Virus record (IMG/VR): IMGVR_UViG_3300034071_001262
Strand: one strand, 5' to 3'
DNA from: a virus
Length of the DNA stretch: 64,000 nt
Shown: one piece after another, positions 37,471 to 47,063 of the stretch
Numbering within the stretch: the stretch's first letter is position 1
Layout: every line of letters begins with the position of its first letter
Notes under the pieces: model-generated
Told to the model about the DNA's origin: nothing
The model's database searches: none
The model's input: the letters and a program-made list of their open reading frames with translations, nothing else
Translations under genes and position numbers: made by a program

Positions 37471-38275
37471 AAGTGAAAGATTTACTAAAAATGGATATCC
37501 AGAAAAATCATTCATAAAAGTTGTAAATAAATACATGATTGAACATGTAATCAATATGTTTGATGGCATCTCACATGATAATATATATTTGATCACAAAA
37601 AATTGTAATGTTGCTAGTAATAGAATTCTACAAAAACTATTTCCAAAAATAAATATTAATCCAATATCGCCAAATTCAGATGGTCCAGTTGTATCAATAT
37701 TATCGGCAAATTTAGATATCAATCCAGAAGAAGAAATTATTGTAAGCTATTGTGATCTAGTAAGTATCTTTAATTTAGACAAACTAATTTCATATGTTCA
37801 TACAAATAATGCTGATGGATGTATATTGACACACTGTGGATTACATCCGCATAAATTTTACAATACTAATTTTGCACATGTTAGACATGATAGCAATAAT
37901 AATGTATTAGAAATTAAAGAAAAAGGATGTTTTACAGCACATCCAATATTTGAACACGCATCTAATGGAATATATTATTTCAAATCATTCCAAATGATGA
38001 ATCATTATTTTAGAAAATTGATAGAATCTGGCAACAGAGTCAATAATGAATTTTATGTAACAATGCCATATAATTTAATTATTAACGACAATCTAAAGAT
38101 ATTGATGTATGAAACAGAACAATATATATGTCTTGGCACACCAAGAGATGTAGAATTAATAAATGCGTGGAATGATATCATAGTAAAGTCTAATATACAT
38201 CAAGATGAAGATTTAATTATGGTATATAACTATTGGAAGAAAATATTCAATGATAAATTTTATAGCTCCAATTAA
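37442..38275 (+). CDS. sugar-phosphate nucleotidyltransferase family protein
   Basis: LSGKSERF..GYPEKSFI, YCD, EIKEK, GIYYF, EFYV, LGTP. Confidence 0.8.
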   Translation: MKIIITLSGKSERFTKNGYPEKSFIKVVNKYMIEHVINMFDGISHDNIYLITKNCNVASNRILQKLFPKININPISPNSDGPVVSILSANLDINPEEEIIVSYCDLVSIFNLDKLISYVHTNNADGCILTHCGLHPHKFYNTNFAHVRHDSNNNVLEIKEKGCFTAHPIFEHASNGIYYFKSFQMMNHYFRKLIESGNRVNNEFYVTMPYNLIINDNLKILMYETEQYICLGTPRDVELINAWNDIIVKSNIHQDEDLIMVYNYWKKIFNDKFYSSN

Positions 38276-39323
38276 TAATCTCGGCTATGGTATAGCTGGA
38301 TATAATCTACTGAAAGAATTATATCAAATAGATAATACAATTGCATTATATCCAATTTCAAGACCAGAAAATATGGATGATACCCATATTATATCTATAA
38401 GTATTAATAATCAACTTTATTTTGATAAACATAGACCGTGTATAAAATTATGGCATCAACATGATTTACAGACCAAAGTTGGTAATGGTACATATTTTGG
38501 TTTTCCAATATTTGAATTAACCAAATTTAATTCTCATGAAATAGTCAGTTTATCTCATTGTGATAAAATTATGGTATGTTCTAACTGGGCAAAAGAAGTC
38601 GTAATGAATAATGTGAATAAATTTGATCAATCAGACATTCATGTAATTCCGCTTGGTGTAGATGCTACTGTATTTAGGCCATGTACACTGCCAAATAAAA
38701 GGTCAACTACAGTCTTTCTCAATTGTGGAAAATGGGAAATTAGAAAAGGTCACGATATTATTGTTGAGTGTTTTAATAGGGCATTTACCTATCATGACGA
38801 TGTAGAACTATGGATGTTATGCGATAATCCTTTTATAGGCGAACAAAATAATGAATGGAAAAGCCTATATAAAAACTCACAGCTGGGTGAAAAAATAAGG
38901 ATAATACCTAGACAGCAAACCCAAAAAGATGTGTATAATATTATGAGGCTCTCAGATTGTGGAATATTTCCATCTAGGGCTGAAGGGTGGAATTTAGAGT
39001 TACTTGAAATGATGTCATGCGGAAAACATGTAATTACTACCAACTATTCTGCACATACAGAGTTTTGCAATAATCAAAATGCCATGCTTATAGATGTCGA
39101 TAATCTAGAGACAGCGTTTGATGGAGTATTTTTTGATGGTAAATGTGGTTTTTGGGCTGAGTTGTCTGATAATCAAAAAGAAGAAACTATAAGTCATATG
39201 AGGCTGGTGCATAAGAAAAAACAGAACGGTGAACTAAATATTAATGTAGATGGTATTCAGACAGCAGAAAAATTTTCATGGCAAAACTCAGCTAAAGGAA
39301 TATTAAATGCAACTCGACTTTAG
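38250..39323 (+). CDS. glycosyltransferase family 4
   Basis: PLGVD, GKWEIRKG, PSRAEGWNLELLEMMSCG. Confidence 0.88.
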   Translation: MINFIAPINNLGYGIAGYNLLKELYQIDNTIALYPISRPENMDDTHIISISINNQLYFDKHRPCIKLWHQHDLQTKVGNGTYFGFPIFELTKFNSHEIVSLSHCDKIMVCSNWAKEVVMNNVNKFDQSDIHVIPLGVDATVFRPCTLPNKRSTTVFLNCGKWEIRKGHDIIVECFNRAFTYHDDVELWMLCDNPFIGEQNNEWKSLYKNSQLGEKIRIIPRQQTQKDVYNIMRLSDCGIFPSRAEGWNLELLEMMSCGKHVITTNYSAHTEFCNNQNAMLIDVDNLETAFDGVFFDGKCGFWAELSDNQKEETISHMRLVHKKKQNGELNINVDGIQTAEKFSWQNSAKGILNATRL

Positions 39324-40236
39324 TACTCCATCAAAAATTCTAAAGACGTACAAGGATGGATTCGTCGGTAGCATTTGTGATCCAGAAGATACTGATAAAT
39401 TATTGGGTGAATTAAGACATCCATTATTCGGTGCTGCTGCATATAAATTATATGGAACAGGAAAAGGAAAATTATCTCTTCCATTTAAAAATCTATTAAA
39501 ATTCGATCCTAATTTTGGTCCTTCAGAAAGACAAGTAGTTGGTGATTGTGTCTCACACTCTACTCGTAATGCAATAGATATCACTAGAAGCTGTGAAATT
39601 ATCAATGGAGAAAATGAAGAGTTTGTTGCTCGCGGTGCTACAGAAGGCATATATGGTTCACGCGGACACGGTGGTGAAGGCATGACATGTTCTGGTGCGG
39701 CAAGATTTGTCAAACAAACTGGTGGTGTATTAATTAGACAAAAATATGACAATATTGATTTAACATCATATCAAGGTAAACTTGCATCGTCTTGGGGACG
39801 AAGCGGGCCACCTAAGACGCTTATAGAAGAAGCACAAAAGAGGCCAGTAAGAACAGCCAGTTTAATAACAACCGTAGAAGAGGCCAGAGACGCTCTGGCA
39901 AATGGATATGGCATAAGCGTATGTTCAATGTTTGGATTCAGTTCTCGTAGAGATAAGTATGGTATAGCCGCCCCATCTGGATCTTGGGCGCACGCTATGG
40001 CTTGGATAGCCGCAGATGATACCCATGAAATATATAATGAAACTCTTTTCTTGGTTCAAAATAGTTGGGGAGTTTGGAATAATGGCCCAAAACGACACGA
40101 TCAACCAGATGGAAGTTTTTGGATTAGAGAATCTGTAGCCCGTGATATGTTAGGCTCTAGTGGATCATGGGTGTTTAGTGATGTTGATGGCTTTCCAGCA
40201 AGAAATATAGATTGGACTCTTGATGAGGTATTTTAA
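39307..40236 (+). CDS. papain-like (C1) cysteine peptidase
   Basis: QVVGDCVSH, WAHAM, QNSWG, GSFW. Confidence 0.8.
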   Translation: MQLDFSTPSKILKTYKDGFVGSICDPEDTDKLLGELRHPLFGAAAYKLYGTGKGKLSLPFKNLLKFDPNFGPSERQVVGDCVSHSTRNAIDITRSCEIINGENEEFVARGATEGIYGSRGHGGEGMTCSGAARFVKQTGGVLIRQKYDNIDLTSYQGKLASSWGRSGPPKTLIEEAQKRPVRTASLITTVEEARDALANGYGISVCSMFGFSSRRDKYGIAAPSGSWAHAMAWIAADDTHEIYNETLFLVQNSWGVWNNGPKRHDQPDGSFWIRESVARDMLGSSGSWVFSDVDGFPARNIDWTLDEVF

Positions 40237-40237
40237 T

Positions 40238-40561
40238 ATGAGAAATCTTAAATTTGTAGCTTTATCACTTACATTATTATTGCCATTTATATTTCATGGA
40301 GTAATACAAACTCAAGATTCTAACTTTAGTTCATCAAAAATAAACATAGAAGATCTTGTGTATAGTGCTAATAATGCTTTTAGTAAGGCAGAAAAAGAAA
40401 TATTTGAAATTAAGCCAAAACCAGATGACAATATAATTAGACCAAATCCAGATCCTAAAAAGTGTCCATGCAAAGGAACTGGAAGAATAATACACGGTGA
40501 TGGACATACAACAGAATGTCCATTTCATGGCGCGGGGTTAATAATCAAACAACATCAATAG
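40238..40561 (+). CDS. secreted or membrane-anchored hypothetical protein
   Basis: N-terminal hydrophobic helix; CPCKGTG...CPFH. Confidence 0.65.
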   Translation: MRNLKFVALSLTLLLPFIFHGVIQTQDSNFSSSKINIEDLVYSANNAFSKAEKEIFEIKPKPDDNIIRPNPDPKKCPCKGTGRIIHGDGHTTECPFHGAGLIIKQHQ

Positions 40562-40570
40562 GAGCGAAAA

Positions 40571-40747
40571 ATGAATAAAGTCAAATCTTTACTCACTTCA
40601 AGACGTTTTTGGGTTGCAGCAATTGGTTTAGCAACAGTAGTTTCATCTGAATTATTTGGTGTTCAACTTGATCATGAGCAACTTTTAGCGGTTACCAGTA
40701 TTGTTGTAGCATGGGTAGTTGGAGATACTATTAGAGAGACAAAATGA
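40571..40747 (+). CDS. putative holin (58 aa, two hydrophobic segments)
   Basis: GGAG RBS; MNKVKSLLTSRRFWVAAIGLATVVSSELFG...VTSIVVAWVVGDTIRETK; not in the ORF track. Confidence 0.6.
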   Translation: MNKVKSLLTSRRFWVAAIGLATVVSSELFGVQLDHEQLLAVTSIVVAWVVGDTIRETK

Positions 40748-41061
40748 TGAAAGATATTTTAGGTTTATTAACTCCTACTCAATGGATTGTCTTGGGGTGT
40801 GGTGTATTGATGCTAATACTTGGTTCTAAAGATTATGTAGTATCAAATGTAAAAAGTTTGTTTGATAATAAACAGGAAGTAACACCCAAACCAACTACTA
40901 ATACAGATTTAACATCTATAGTAGCAAAGTGGGAAATATTATCAAATGCCTGTAAACAAGCTAATTTACTTGATGCTTACAATAAATTACAAGAAGTATT
41001 TCCAATGTTGGTATCTGTATATACACTAGAAAAAAATAGGAAAACTATTGATGAAAAGTAA
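40744..41061 (+). CDS. membrane-anchored hypothetical protein
   Basis: N-terminal TM. Confidence 0.65.
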   Translation: MMKDILGLLTPTQWIVLGCGVLMLILGSKDYVVSNVKSLFDNKQEVTPKPTTNTDLTSIVAKWEILSNACKQANLLDAYNKLQEVFPMLVSVYTLEKNRKTIDEK

Positions 41062-41491
41062 TTATTTGCTTATTGCTGGATTAGCTCTGGTGGTTTTTGT
41101 ATTTCTAAGCAAAATATCTGGAGTAGAAAAGGATGTCACTCCAAGCCTTGGTATACAAAAACCAACAGATGCTATAGCACAACAAGTGTCTAAGATCACT
41201 AATATAGTCACAAATGATACTGATAGATTAAACCTAGCAGTGTTTAATAAAGTATTTGCTGATAGAATTATATCATATGATATAGATACGCAAAAATTAA
41301 ATCATTTATACACACTGGCTGGTAAATATTTTTTTGGGGATTCGCTCAAAGATAAATATGCAGATCTTGACATTTTCTTAATCAATAGTATAATAGACAC
41401 GGTTGGAGATAAAAATCATATACTATCTGATAATGAAAAGTTACTACTACAAGAAAAATTCTATGGAATTGCTTGGTACTTGAATAATTGA
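41051..41491 (+). CDS. membrane-anchored hypothetical protein
   Basis: N-terminal TM. Confidence 0.65.
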   Translation: MKSNYLLIAGLALVVFVFLSKISGVEKDVTPSLGIQKPTDAIAQQVSKITNIVTNDTDRLNLAVFNKVFADRIISYDIDTQKLNHLYTLAGKYFFGDSLKDKYADLDIFLINSIIDTVGDKNHILSDNEKLLLQEKFYGIAWYLNN

Positions 41492-41501
41492 AAGGAAAAT
41501 A

Positions 41502-41729
41502 ATGGATATTTTAGGAGCGGCTGAAAGCAGATTACAATCTATTATAGACGAAAATTCTTTTATTATCAATGTCTTAGTTAAAGATCAATCTAAGAATAAT
41601 TCTTTAAATGAATTATTGAATGCTATTAGACAGTATCAAAGTGCGGCATCACAATTAGAAATTGTCAAAAATCTAAAATCACAAGTCCAATATACTACAA
41701 CTAATTCTGATGCAAAAGAACCAACATGA
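41502..41729 (+). CDS. hypothetical protein
   Basis: AAGGA RBS. Confidence 0.6.
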   Translation: MDILGAAESRLQSIIDENSFIINVLVKDQSKNNSLNELLNAIRQYQSAASQLEIVKNLKSQVQYTTTNSDAKEPT

Positions 41730-42094
41730 AAGTAGCATTGACACTAATTGTCGTGCAACAAAATCCTAATGTACAGTATTCGCACGATGATTTTTTCAAA
41801 TTCTTGCTCACAGAAGAAGGTCAATTTCCTAGTAAATATATCTCTACCAAAGATATAACAGATACCGCGAGGGACTTATTTTCTGAATATGTTAGTGTGT
41901 ACTTTGATTGGACTTCAATTGAGTTGATGGACTTTAGAAAAGTAAATACCACAGATTGTGAAGTAGTTTATGCAATAAAATTACCTAATTTGCTTGGTAT
42001 AGAAAAACGTGGAAAATTTGTTTCACACAACAATAAGCCAAATTTCGAAAGTTTTTATGGAAGAATTCTATCAAGAAAATTCAGAATATTCTAA
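41726..42094 (+). CDS. hypothetical protein
   Basis: coupled ORF. Confidence 0.6.
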   Translation: MKVALTLIVVQQNPNVQYSHDDFFKFLLTEEGQFPSKYISTKDITDTARDLFSEYVSVYFDWTSIELMDFRKVNTTDCEVVYAIKLPNLLGIEKRGKFVSHNNKPNFESFYGRILSRKFRIF

Positions 42095-42386
42095 GCTAGA
42101 TGTGTTAGCACAACTATCTCTATACATTGAAAAAGAAACTAATGAATTAATGTTTGTTTGTGATTGGGACAATACACAAGATGGGGTAAAATATATATCA
42201 CAGATCATATTTGAGTTAAAGTATGGAGATATTCTAGAAAGAATATTACAACATTTATACTCCCAATGTGTAGAAAATAATAGGCTTGATGAGTTTAATG
42301 AAATCAAGAATAATTTATCACAATTACATAAAAACAAAATATCGAGCAATAATAGTATTGTAGTGCGCCCAAGAGATATCAAATAA
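42057..42386 (+). CDS. hypothetical protein
   Basis: in operon. Confidence 0.6.
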   Translation: MEEFYQENSEYSKLDVLAQLSLYIEKETNELMFVCDWDNTQDGVKYISQIIFELKYGDILERILQHLYSQCVENNRLDEFNEIKNNLSQLHKNKISSNNSIVVRPRDIK

Positions 42387-42407
42387 TTCATCCAGTGAGG
42401 GATAATT

Positions 42408-43031
42408 ATGCACAAAATAAAAAAAATAGCTTGGGAAAGTTGGAATTCTAAAGTAGAAGAATCTTTATCTGATAATGCCCTTAGTGAGGCAAGCGTAAGC
42501 TTGCTAGAAGATTCGGATGACGAGTATCCATTACTTGCACATGATTTGTTATTTCAGAACAAAATAGTTCATACCCCTATGGGTCCATACCCACAAGATT
42601 CTCTATTAAAACCTTCTGATAGATGGGATTGCTGGATCGGACATACAAATTTTGATGTAACAGTTAATATTGCAGAAATAATTGAAAAAATAGAAGGAGT
42701 TGAAGCCTTAAAAATTATGGGTAGATATTCTTTTTTTATAGGGGTTGCTAGACTATTTAATATTAAGCACGTAAGAAAAGATATAGAAAATGCTATCTGT
42801 AATTATACAGAAGAAGAAATATTATCAGATAATGATCTACGACAAACCGTAGATTTGGTCAAGAAACAGTTGCAATCTGTCGATTACTGGTCTATACTAG
42901 TGTCTCCAGACGGTGAAGTAGAATACATAGCTTCTGATAAAATGGATAAAACTTACTTAGACGGACTAAATAAGTTAACGGTTATGAAAAATAAAAAGGG
43001 TGGAATTATCTTAAGAGGTACTAATGGATAA
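42408..43031 (+). CDS. hypothetical protein
   Basis: GAGGG RBS; 207 aa. Confidence 0.7.
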   Translation: MHKIKKIAWESWNSKVEESLSDNALSEASVSLLEDSDDEYPLLAHDLLFQNKIVHTPMGPYPQDSLLKPSDRWDCWIGHTNFDVTVNIAEIIEKIEGVEALKIMGRYSFFIGVARLFNIKHVRKDIENAICNYTEEEILSDNDLRQTVDLVKKQLQSVDYWSILVSPDGEVEYIASDKMDKTYLDGLNKLTVMKNKKGGIILRGTNG

Positions 43032-43485
43032 AAATATTGAAAACTATTTGAAAGACAGCAACATACGTAATATAATAAATTCTGTGTCCAATAAGTTCAT
43101 GTATGCATTAGACCATAATGACATATCTTCTATTGCTATGGTAACATTATGGAAATGCATAGAAAAGTATGACCCAACAAAGGGTGCAAAGTTTACATCT
43201 TATCTATATCAACAGCTTTTATATGCTCTTAAAAATGAACTAAAAAAGAAAAATATAGAATATGCTTCGGACAGCATAGAACAACCAATAAGTTTTTCTA
43301 TTAAGAATGAAGTATTTGACATATTAGAGAGCCTGCCTAGCGGTATGAAAACTCTATTAGAGCAAAGATTTTTTCATAATATGACCATGACTGAAATTGC
43401 TGACGAGAATGGCTATAGTAGAGAAACAGCAAGAAGAAGATTAAAAAAAGCTATTAGGATGTGTAAAAATCTAGTTAAAAGTTAA
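43024..43485 (+). CDS. small RNA polymerase sigma factor (regions 2 and 4)
   Basis: LWKCIEKYDPTKGAKFTSYL; MTMTEIADENGYSRETARRR. Confidence 0.85.
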   Translation: MDKNIENYLKDSNIRNIINSVSNKFMYALDHNDISSIAMVTLWKCIEKYDPTKGAKFTSYLYQQLLYALKNELKKKNIEYASDSIEQPISFSIKNEVFDILESLPSGMKTLLEQRFFHNMTMTEIADENGYSRETARRRLKKAIRMCKNLVKS

Positions 43486-43571
43486 TACCATTTTGTGTAT
43501 ATAGCTATGGACATGGATTGTATTTAGGATAATTAGGATTATGTTATATTCAAATTACATGGAGCATAATT

Positions 43572-44252
43572 ATGCCAGTTCCTACATCTAAAGCTAATTA
43601 TCTAAAAAATACAACAGGTGGCGCTTATAGTAGTACCAGACAGGGTGGAACTATCCTTGGCAATACTACAACAAGCACTGAAAGAATTACCAAAGCTCTT
43701 GCACTCAAGGATAATGCCACAGAATATACAGATGGCACTTTACCAAGAGTGAAAGATAATGGTCTTAGTCACAATCGTAAACCATACTCTAGTGGCACAT
43801 TTGCCTATAGCGAAGCTGGTAAATATGTAATTGCAGCGAGTAGTGCTACACTATCTGGTGCTGCTAATACTAATATTCTAATTACTGGTAGGGGTGATAA
43901 TACTAGATCTATTGCTCAATTTGAGCATGATTTTGGTGCTACTACTACTAGCTTTATTAGAAGTAATAGATTTGCCAGAAGTGGATATCTCAACAATGGT
44001 ACTAAGCTTCAGTCGCGTAGACTATTCCTTAATGCTGCTGGTACAGCATCTGCTAAACCCACTGCTCTTAATACATTTAGTAGTGGTTATATGTGGAGTC
44101 CAGTTAATGATAATAAAGCTCGTCATATAGATAATGCCGCTAATCCAACCAGAGCAGTTCCCGGTGAACTAGTTATGAAGGTAGACTTCGTAACATTATC
44201 TGTGGCTAGTGGTGGCGACTTCTTCAATTATAAAGCAATAACTGGTATGTGA
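43572..44252 (+). CDS. hypothetical protein, possibly virion structural
   Basis: Thr/Ser/Gly/Asn-rich; own GTGTATA motif, RBS and terminator. Confidence 0.6.
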   Translation: MPVPTSKANYLKNTTGGAYSSTRQGGTILGNTTTSTERITKALALKDNATEYTDGTLPRVKDNGLSHNRKPYSSGTFAYSEAGKYVIAASSATLSGAANTNILITGRGDNTRSIAQFEHDFGATTTSFIRSNRFARSGYLNNGTKLQSRRLFLNAAGTASAKPTALNTFSSGYMWSPVNDNKARHIDNAANPTRAVPGELVMKVDFVTLSVASGGDFFNYKAITGM

Positions 44253-44258
44253 TTTATG

Positions 44259-44302
44259 TTGGTGTGACATAGGGGGTATTAAAAGCCCCCTGTGTCTACC
44301 AA
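44259..44302 (+). terminator. hairpin (probable terminator)
   Basis: GACATAGGGGG / CCCCCTGTGTC with outer TTGGT/ACCAA. Confidence 0.65.
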
Positions 44303-44328
44303 AATAATATCCTATAAGGAGTGCTATA

Positions 44329-44661
44329 ATGAACGATGCTTTAAATATTTGGTCACTATTTCACAATATCATAGAAGTACTTGGTATTATATTTATACCA
44401 TTCATTGCTTGGGTTATGTTAACATTGGTTAATCATGGCAAACAAATAATTATTCTTGAAGAAAAAGTCAATGATTCATTAAATAGAAGAATGCTGTCTT
44501 TAGAAGATAGGGTTGTTGGAATGGAAAGCAGACTAGAATCTAAAATAGATGCAATAGAGAAAAATGTAATTGATTGTAAGATATCAATAAATGAAAAGGC
44601 ATCTTCGTTAAATCATATCATACAAAAAATTGAAATACTACTCAATAAAGTAACACACTAA
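44329..44661 (+). CDS. membrane protein with coiled coil
   Basis: TM followed by heptad-like region. Confidence 0.65.
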   Translation: MNDALNIWSLFHNIIEVLGIIFIPFIAWVMLTLVNHGKQIIILEEKVNDSLNRRMLSLEDRVVGMESRLESKIDAIEKNVIDCKISINEKASSLNHIIQKIEILLNKVTH

Positions 44662-44664
44662 CAT

Positions 44665-44847
44665 ATGATACAAATCTTAGTTAATTCTATTATCAAAGAG
44701 CTTGGAATTAAAAAGAGTTTAGTTGACAAAATCACTACTTTGGCCGATAATGTAAATATCTATCAAAGGGATGATAAGACAGTAATTGAAATAAATCTCA
44801 ATAAGATAACTATCACACTAGAAAAAGATCCATCAGAGAAAGATTAA
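44665..44847 (+). CDS. hypothetical protein
   Basis: in operon. Confidence 0.55.
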   Translation: MIQILVNSIIKELGIKKSLVDKITTLADNVNIYQRDDKTVIEINLNKITITLEKDPSEKD

Positions 44848-44849
44848 AT

Positions 44850-47048
44850 ATGTCACTTAAAGCTCTTATGAATTATACGTTTGTGTCTAAGTACGCTAGA
44901 TGGTGTCCAGAAAAAAAAAGAAGAGAAACTTGGAATGAGGCAGTAGACAGAGTAAAGCAAATGATGATTGACAAATATATTGATCAGTCTAATCCGGCCC
45001 ATAAAGAACTTCAGCAAGAAATTGAATGGGCTTATGAGATGATGAGGAAGAAGAGGGTGCTTGGTTCACAAAGAGCTTTACAATTTGGCGGAAGTCCTAT
45101 CTTTAAACACAACGCTAGAATATATAATTGCATTGCCTCATACGTAGATCGCGTTAGATTCTTCCAAGAGTGCATGTATCTATTACTATGTGGATGTGGT
45201 ACAGGATTCTCAGTACAAAAACACCATATTAATAAACTTCCTAATTTAGTAAAAACTAAATCTGGAAATAAAAAGTTTACTATATCTGATTCAATCGAAG
45301 GATGGTCTGATGCTATTGGAATATTAGTCTCTAGTTATTTTGAAGATACAGACTTATTTCCAGAATATAATGGTAAAAATATAACATTCGATTTTTCTGA
45401 AATTAGACCGGCTGGAGCATTTTTACAATCTAGTGGTGGTAAGGCTCCGGGTCCAGAGCCATTACGCAAAGCCTTAAATAATATTAAAAAACTATTAGAT
45501 AAGAGTATGAAGTCTGGAATAGGAAAATTACTTCCAATAGAAGCATATGATATAGTTATGTATAGTGCTGACGCTGTAATTAGTGGTGGAGTCAGACGTA
45601 GTGCTACTATTTGTGTTTTTAGTCCAGACGATCAAGATATGGCAAAGGCCAAAACTGGTAATTGGTTTATTGAAAATCCACAACGCGGTAGATCAAATAA
45701 CTCAGCATTATTATTGAGAAAAGAAACTACTAAAGAACAATTTAATGAGTTAATGCAATCTGTCAAAGATTTTGGAGAGCCGGGATTTGTATGGTCAGAT
45801 TCAACTGAGTTAATTGTTAATCCTTGTGTTGAAATTGGTATGTGGCCCGTAGATATAGAAACTGGACAAACTGGCTGGCAGGCATGTAACCTAAGTACAA
45901 TCAATTGTGCCAAAGTAAAAACAGAAAATGATTTTTATGATGCATGTAGGGCCGCATCTATAATTGGAACACTACAAGCAGGATTTAATAAATTTGATTA
46001 TTTGGGTTCTGTGTCAGAAAGAATTATCTCAAGAGAAGCACTACTTGGTGTTTCTATGACCGGAATCATGGAACAATATGATATATGTCTTAATGATACC
46101 ATACAAAGCGCTGGAGCAAATATTGTTAGAGATACCAACGCTAAAATAGCTAATATGATAGCAATTAATCAAGCCGCAAGAACTACATGTGTTAAACCAG
46201 AAGGTACATCAAGTTGCATTTTAGGCACATCCAGCGGTATACATCCTCATCATGCTAAAAGATATATTCGTAAGGTCCAAGCAAATAAAATGGAACCAAT
46301 ATATCAATACTTCAAATCAGTTAATCCAAGGGCATGTGAAGATAGTGTATGGTCAAATAATGATAGTGATGATGTCATTTCATTTTGCGTAGAAGTTCCA
46401 GATGGGTCTAAAATAAAAAATCAAATTGACGCCATACAATTATTAGAGCATGTAAAAAATACCCAAAAAAACTGGGTATTAAATGGTACAAACAAGCATT
46501 TATGTACACAACCTTGGCTGGTACATAACGTATCAAATACGATAAATATTAAGCCAGAAGAGTGGTCTATTGTTACTGACTACATATATAATAATAGAGA
46601 ATACTTTTGTGGGATATCATTATTGCCAATTACTGGAGATAAAGATTATCCACAGGCACCATTTACAACAGTTTATACTCCACACGAACAAGTAAAACAT
46701 TATGGAGATGCTTCATTGTTTGTGAGCGGCTTAATAGAAGTGGCATTAGAACTATGGGAAGATAATTTATGGGCCGCTTGTGATTCCTTGCTTGGAATAG
46801 GACAAAAAATCAAGGGATCAGAAAAGAAAGAATTTGCAAATAGATGTAAAAAGTTTGCAGGTAAATATTTTGATGGGGATTTACGAAAATTAACATACTG
46901 TATGAAGGACGTATTTAACTGGAAAGAGTGGGTAGATCTAAATCGTGAATATCAAGATATAGATTTCACCAGCGTCATAGAAGAAACAAACAATACAAAA
47001 GCAGAACAGGAATGGGCTTGTTCTGGCGGAACATGTGAACTAGTATAA
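44850..47048 (+). CDS. nrdJ: class II (B12-dependent) ribonucleotide reductase
   Basis: NC, GCGTGFSV, VRRSA, NPCVEI, TCVKPEGT, C-terminal CSGGTCE; no beta subunit adjacent. Confidence 0.85.
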   Translation: MSLKALMNYTFVSKYARWCPEKKRRETWNEAVDRVKQMMIDKYIDQSNPAHKELQQEIEWAYEMMRKKRVLGSQRALQFGGSPIFKHNARIYNCIASYVDRVRFFQECMYLLLCGCGTGFSVQKHHINKLPNLVKTKSGNKKFTISDSIEGWSDAIGILVSSYFEDTDLFPEYNGKNITFDFSEIRPAGAFLQSSGGKAPGPEPLRKALNNIKKLLDKSMKSGIGKLLPIEAYDIVMYSADAVISGGVRRSATICVFSPDDQDMAKAKTGNWFIENPQRGRSNNSALLLRKETTKEQFNELMQSVKDFGEPGFVWSDSTELIVNPCVEIGMWPVDIETGQTGWQACNLSTINCAKVKTENDFYDACRAASIIGTLQAGFNKFDYLGSVSERIISREALLGVSMTGIMEQYDICLNDTIQSAGANIVRDTNAKIANMIAINQAARTTCVKPEGTSSCILGTSSGIHPHHAKRYIRKVQANKMEPIYQYFKSVNPRACEDSVWSNNDSDDVISFCVEVPDGSKIKNQIDAIQLLEHVKNTQKNWVLNGTNKHLCTQPWLVHNVSNTINIKPEEWSIVTDYIYNNREYFCGISLLPITGDKDYPQAPFTTVYTPHEQVKHYGDASLFVSGLIEVALELWEDNLWAACDSLLGIGQKIKGSEKKEFANRCKKFAGKYFDGDLRKLTYCMKDVFNWKEWVDLNREYQDIDFTSVIEETNNTKAEQEWACSGGTCELV

Positions 47049-47063
47049 CATTGGAGACATATT

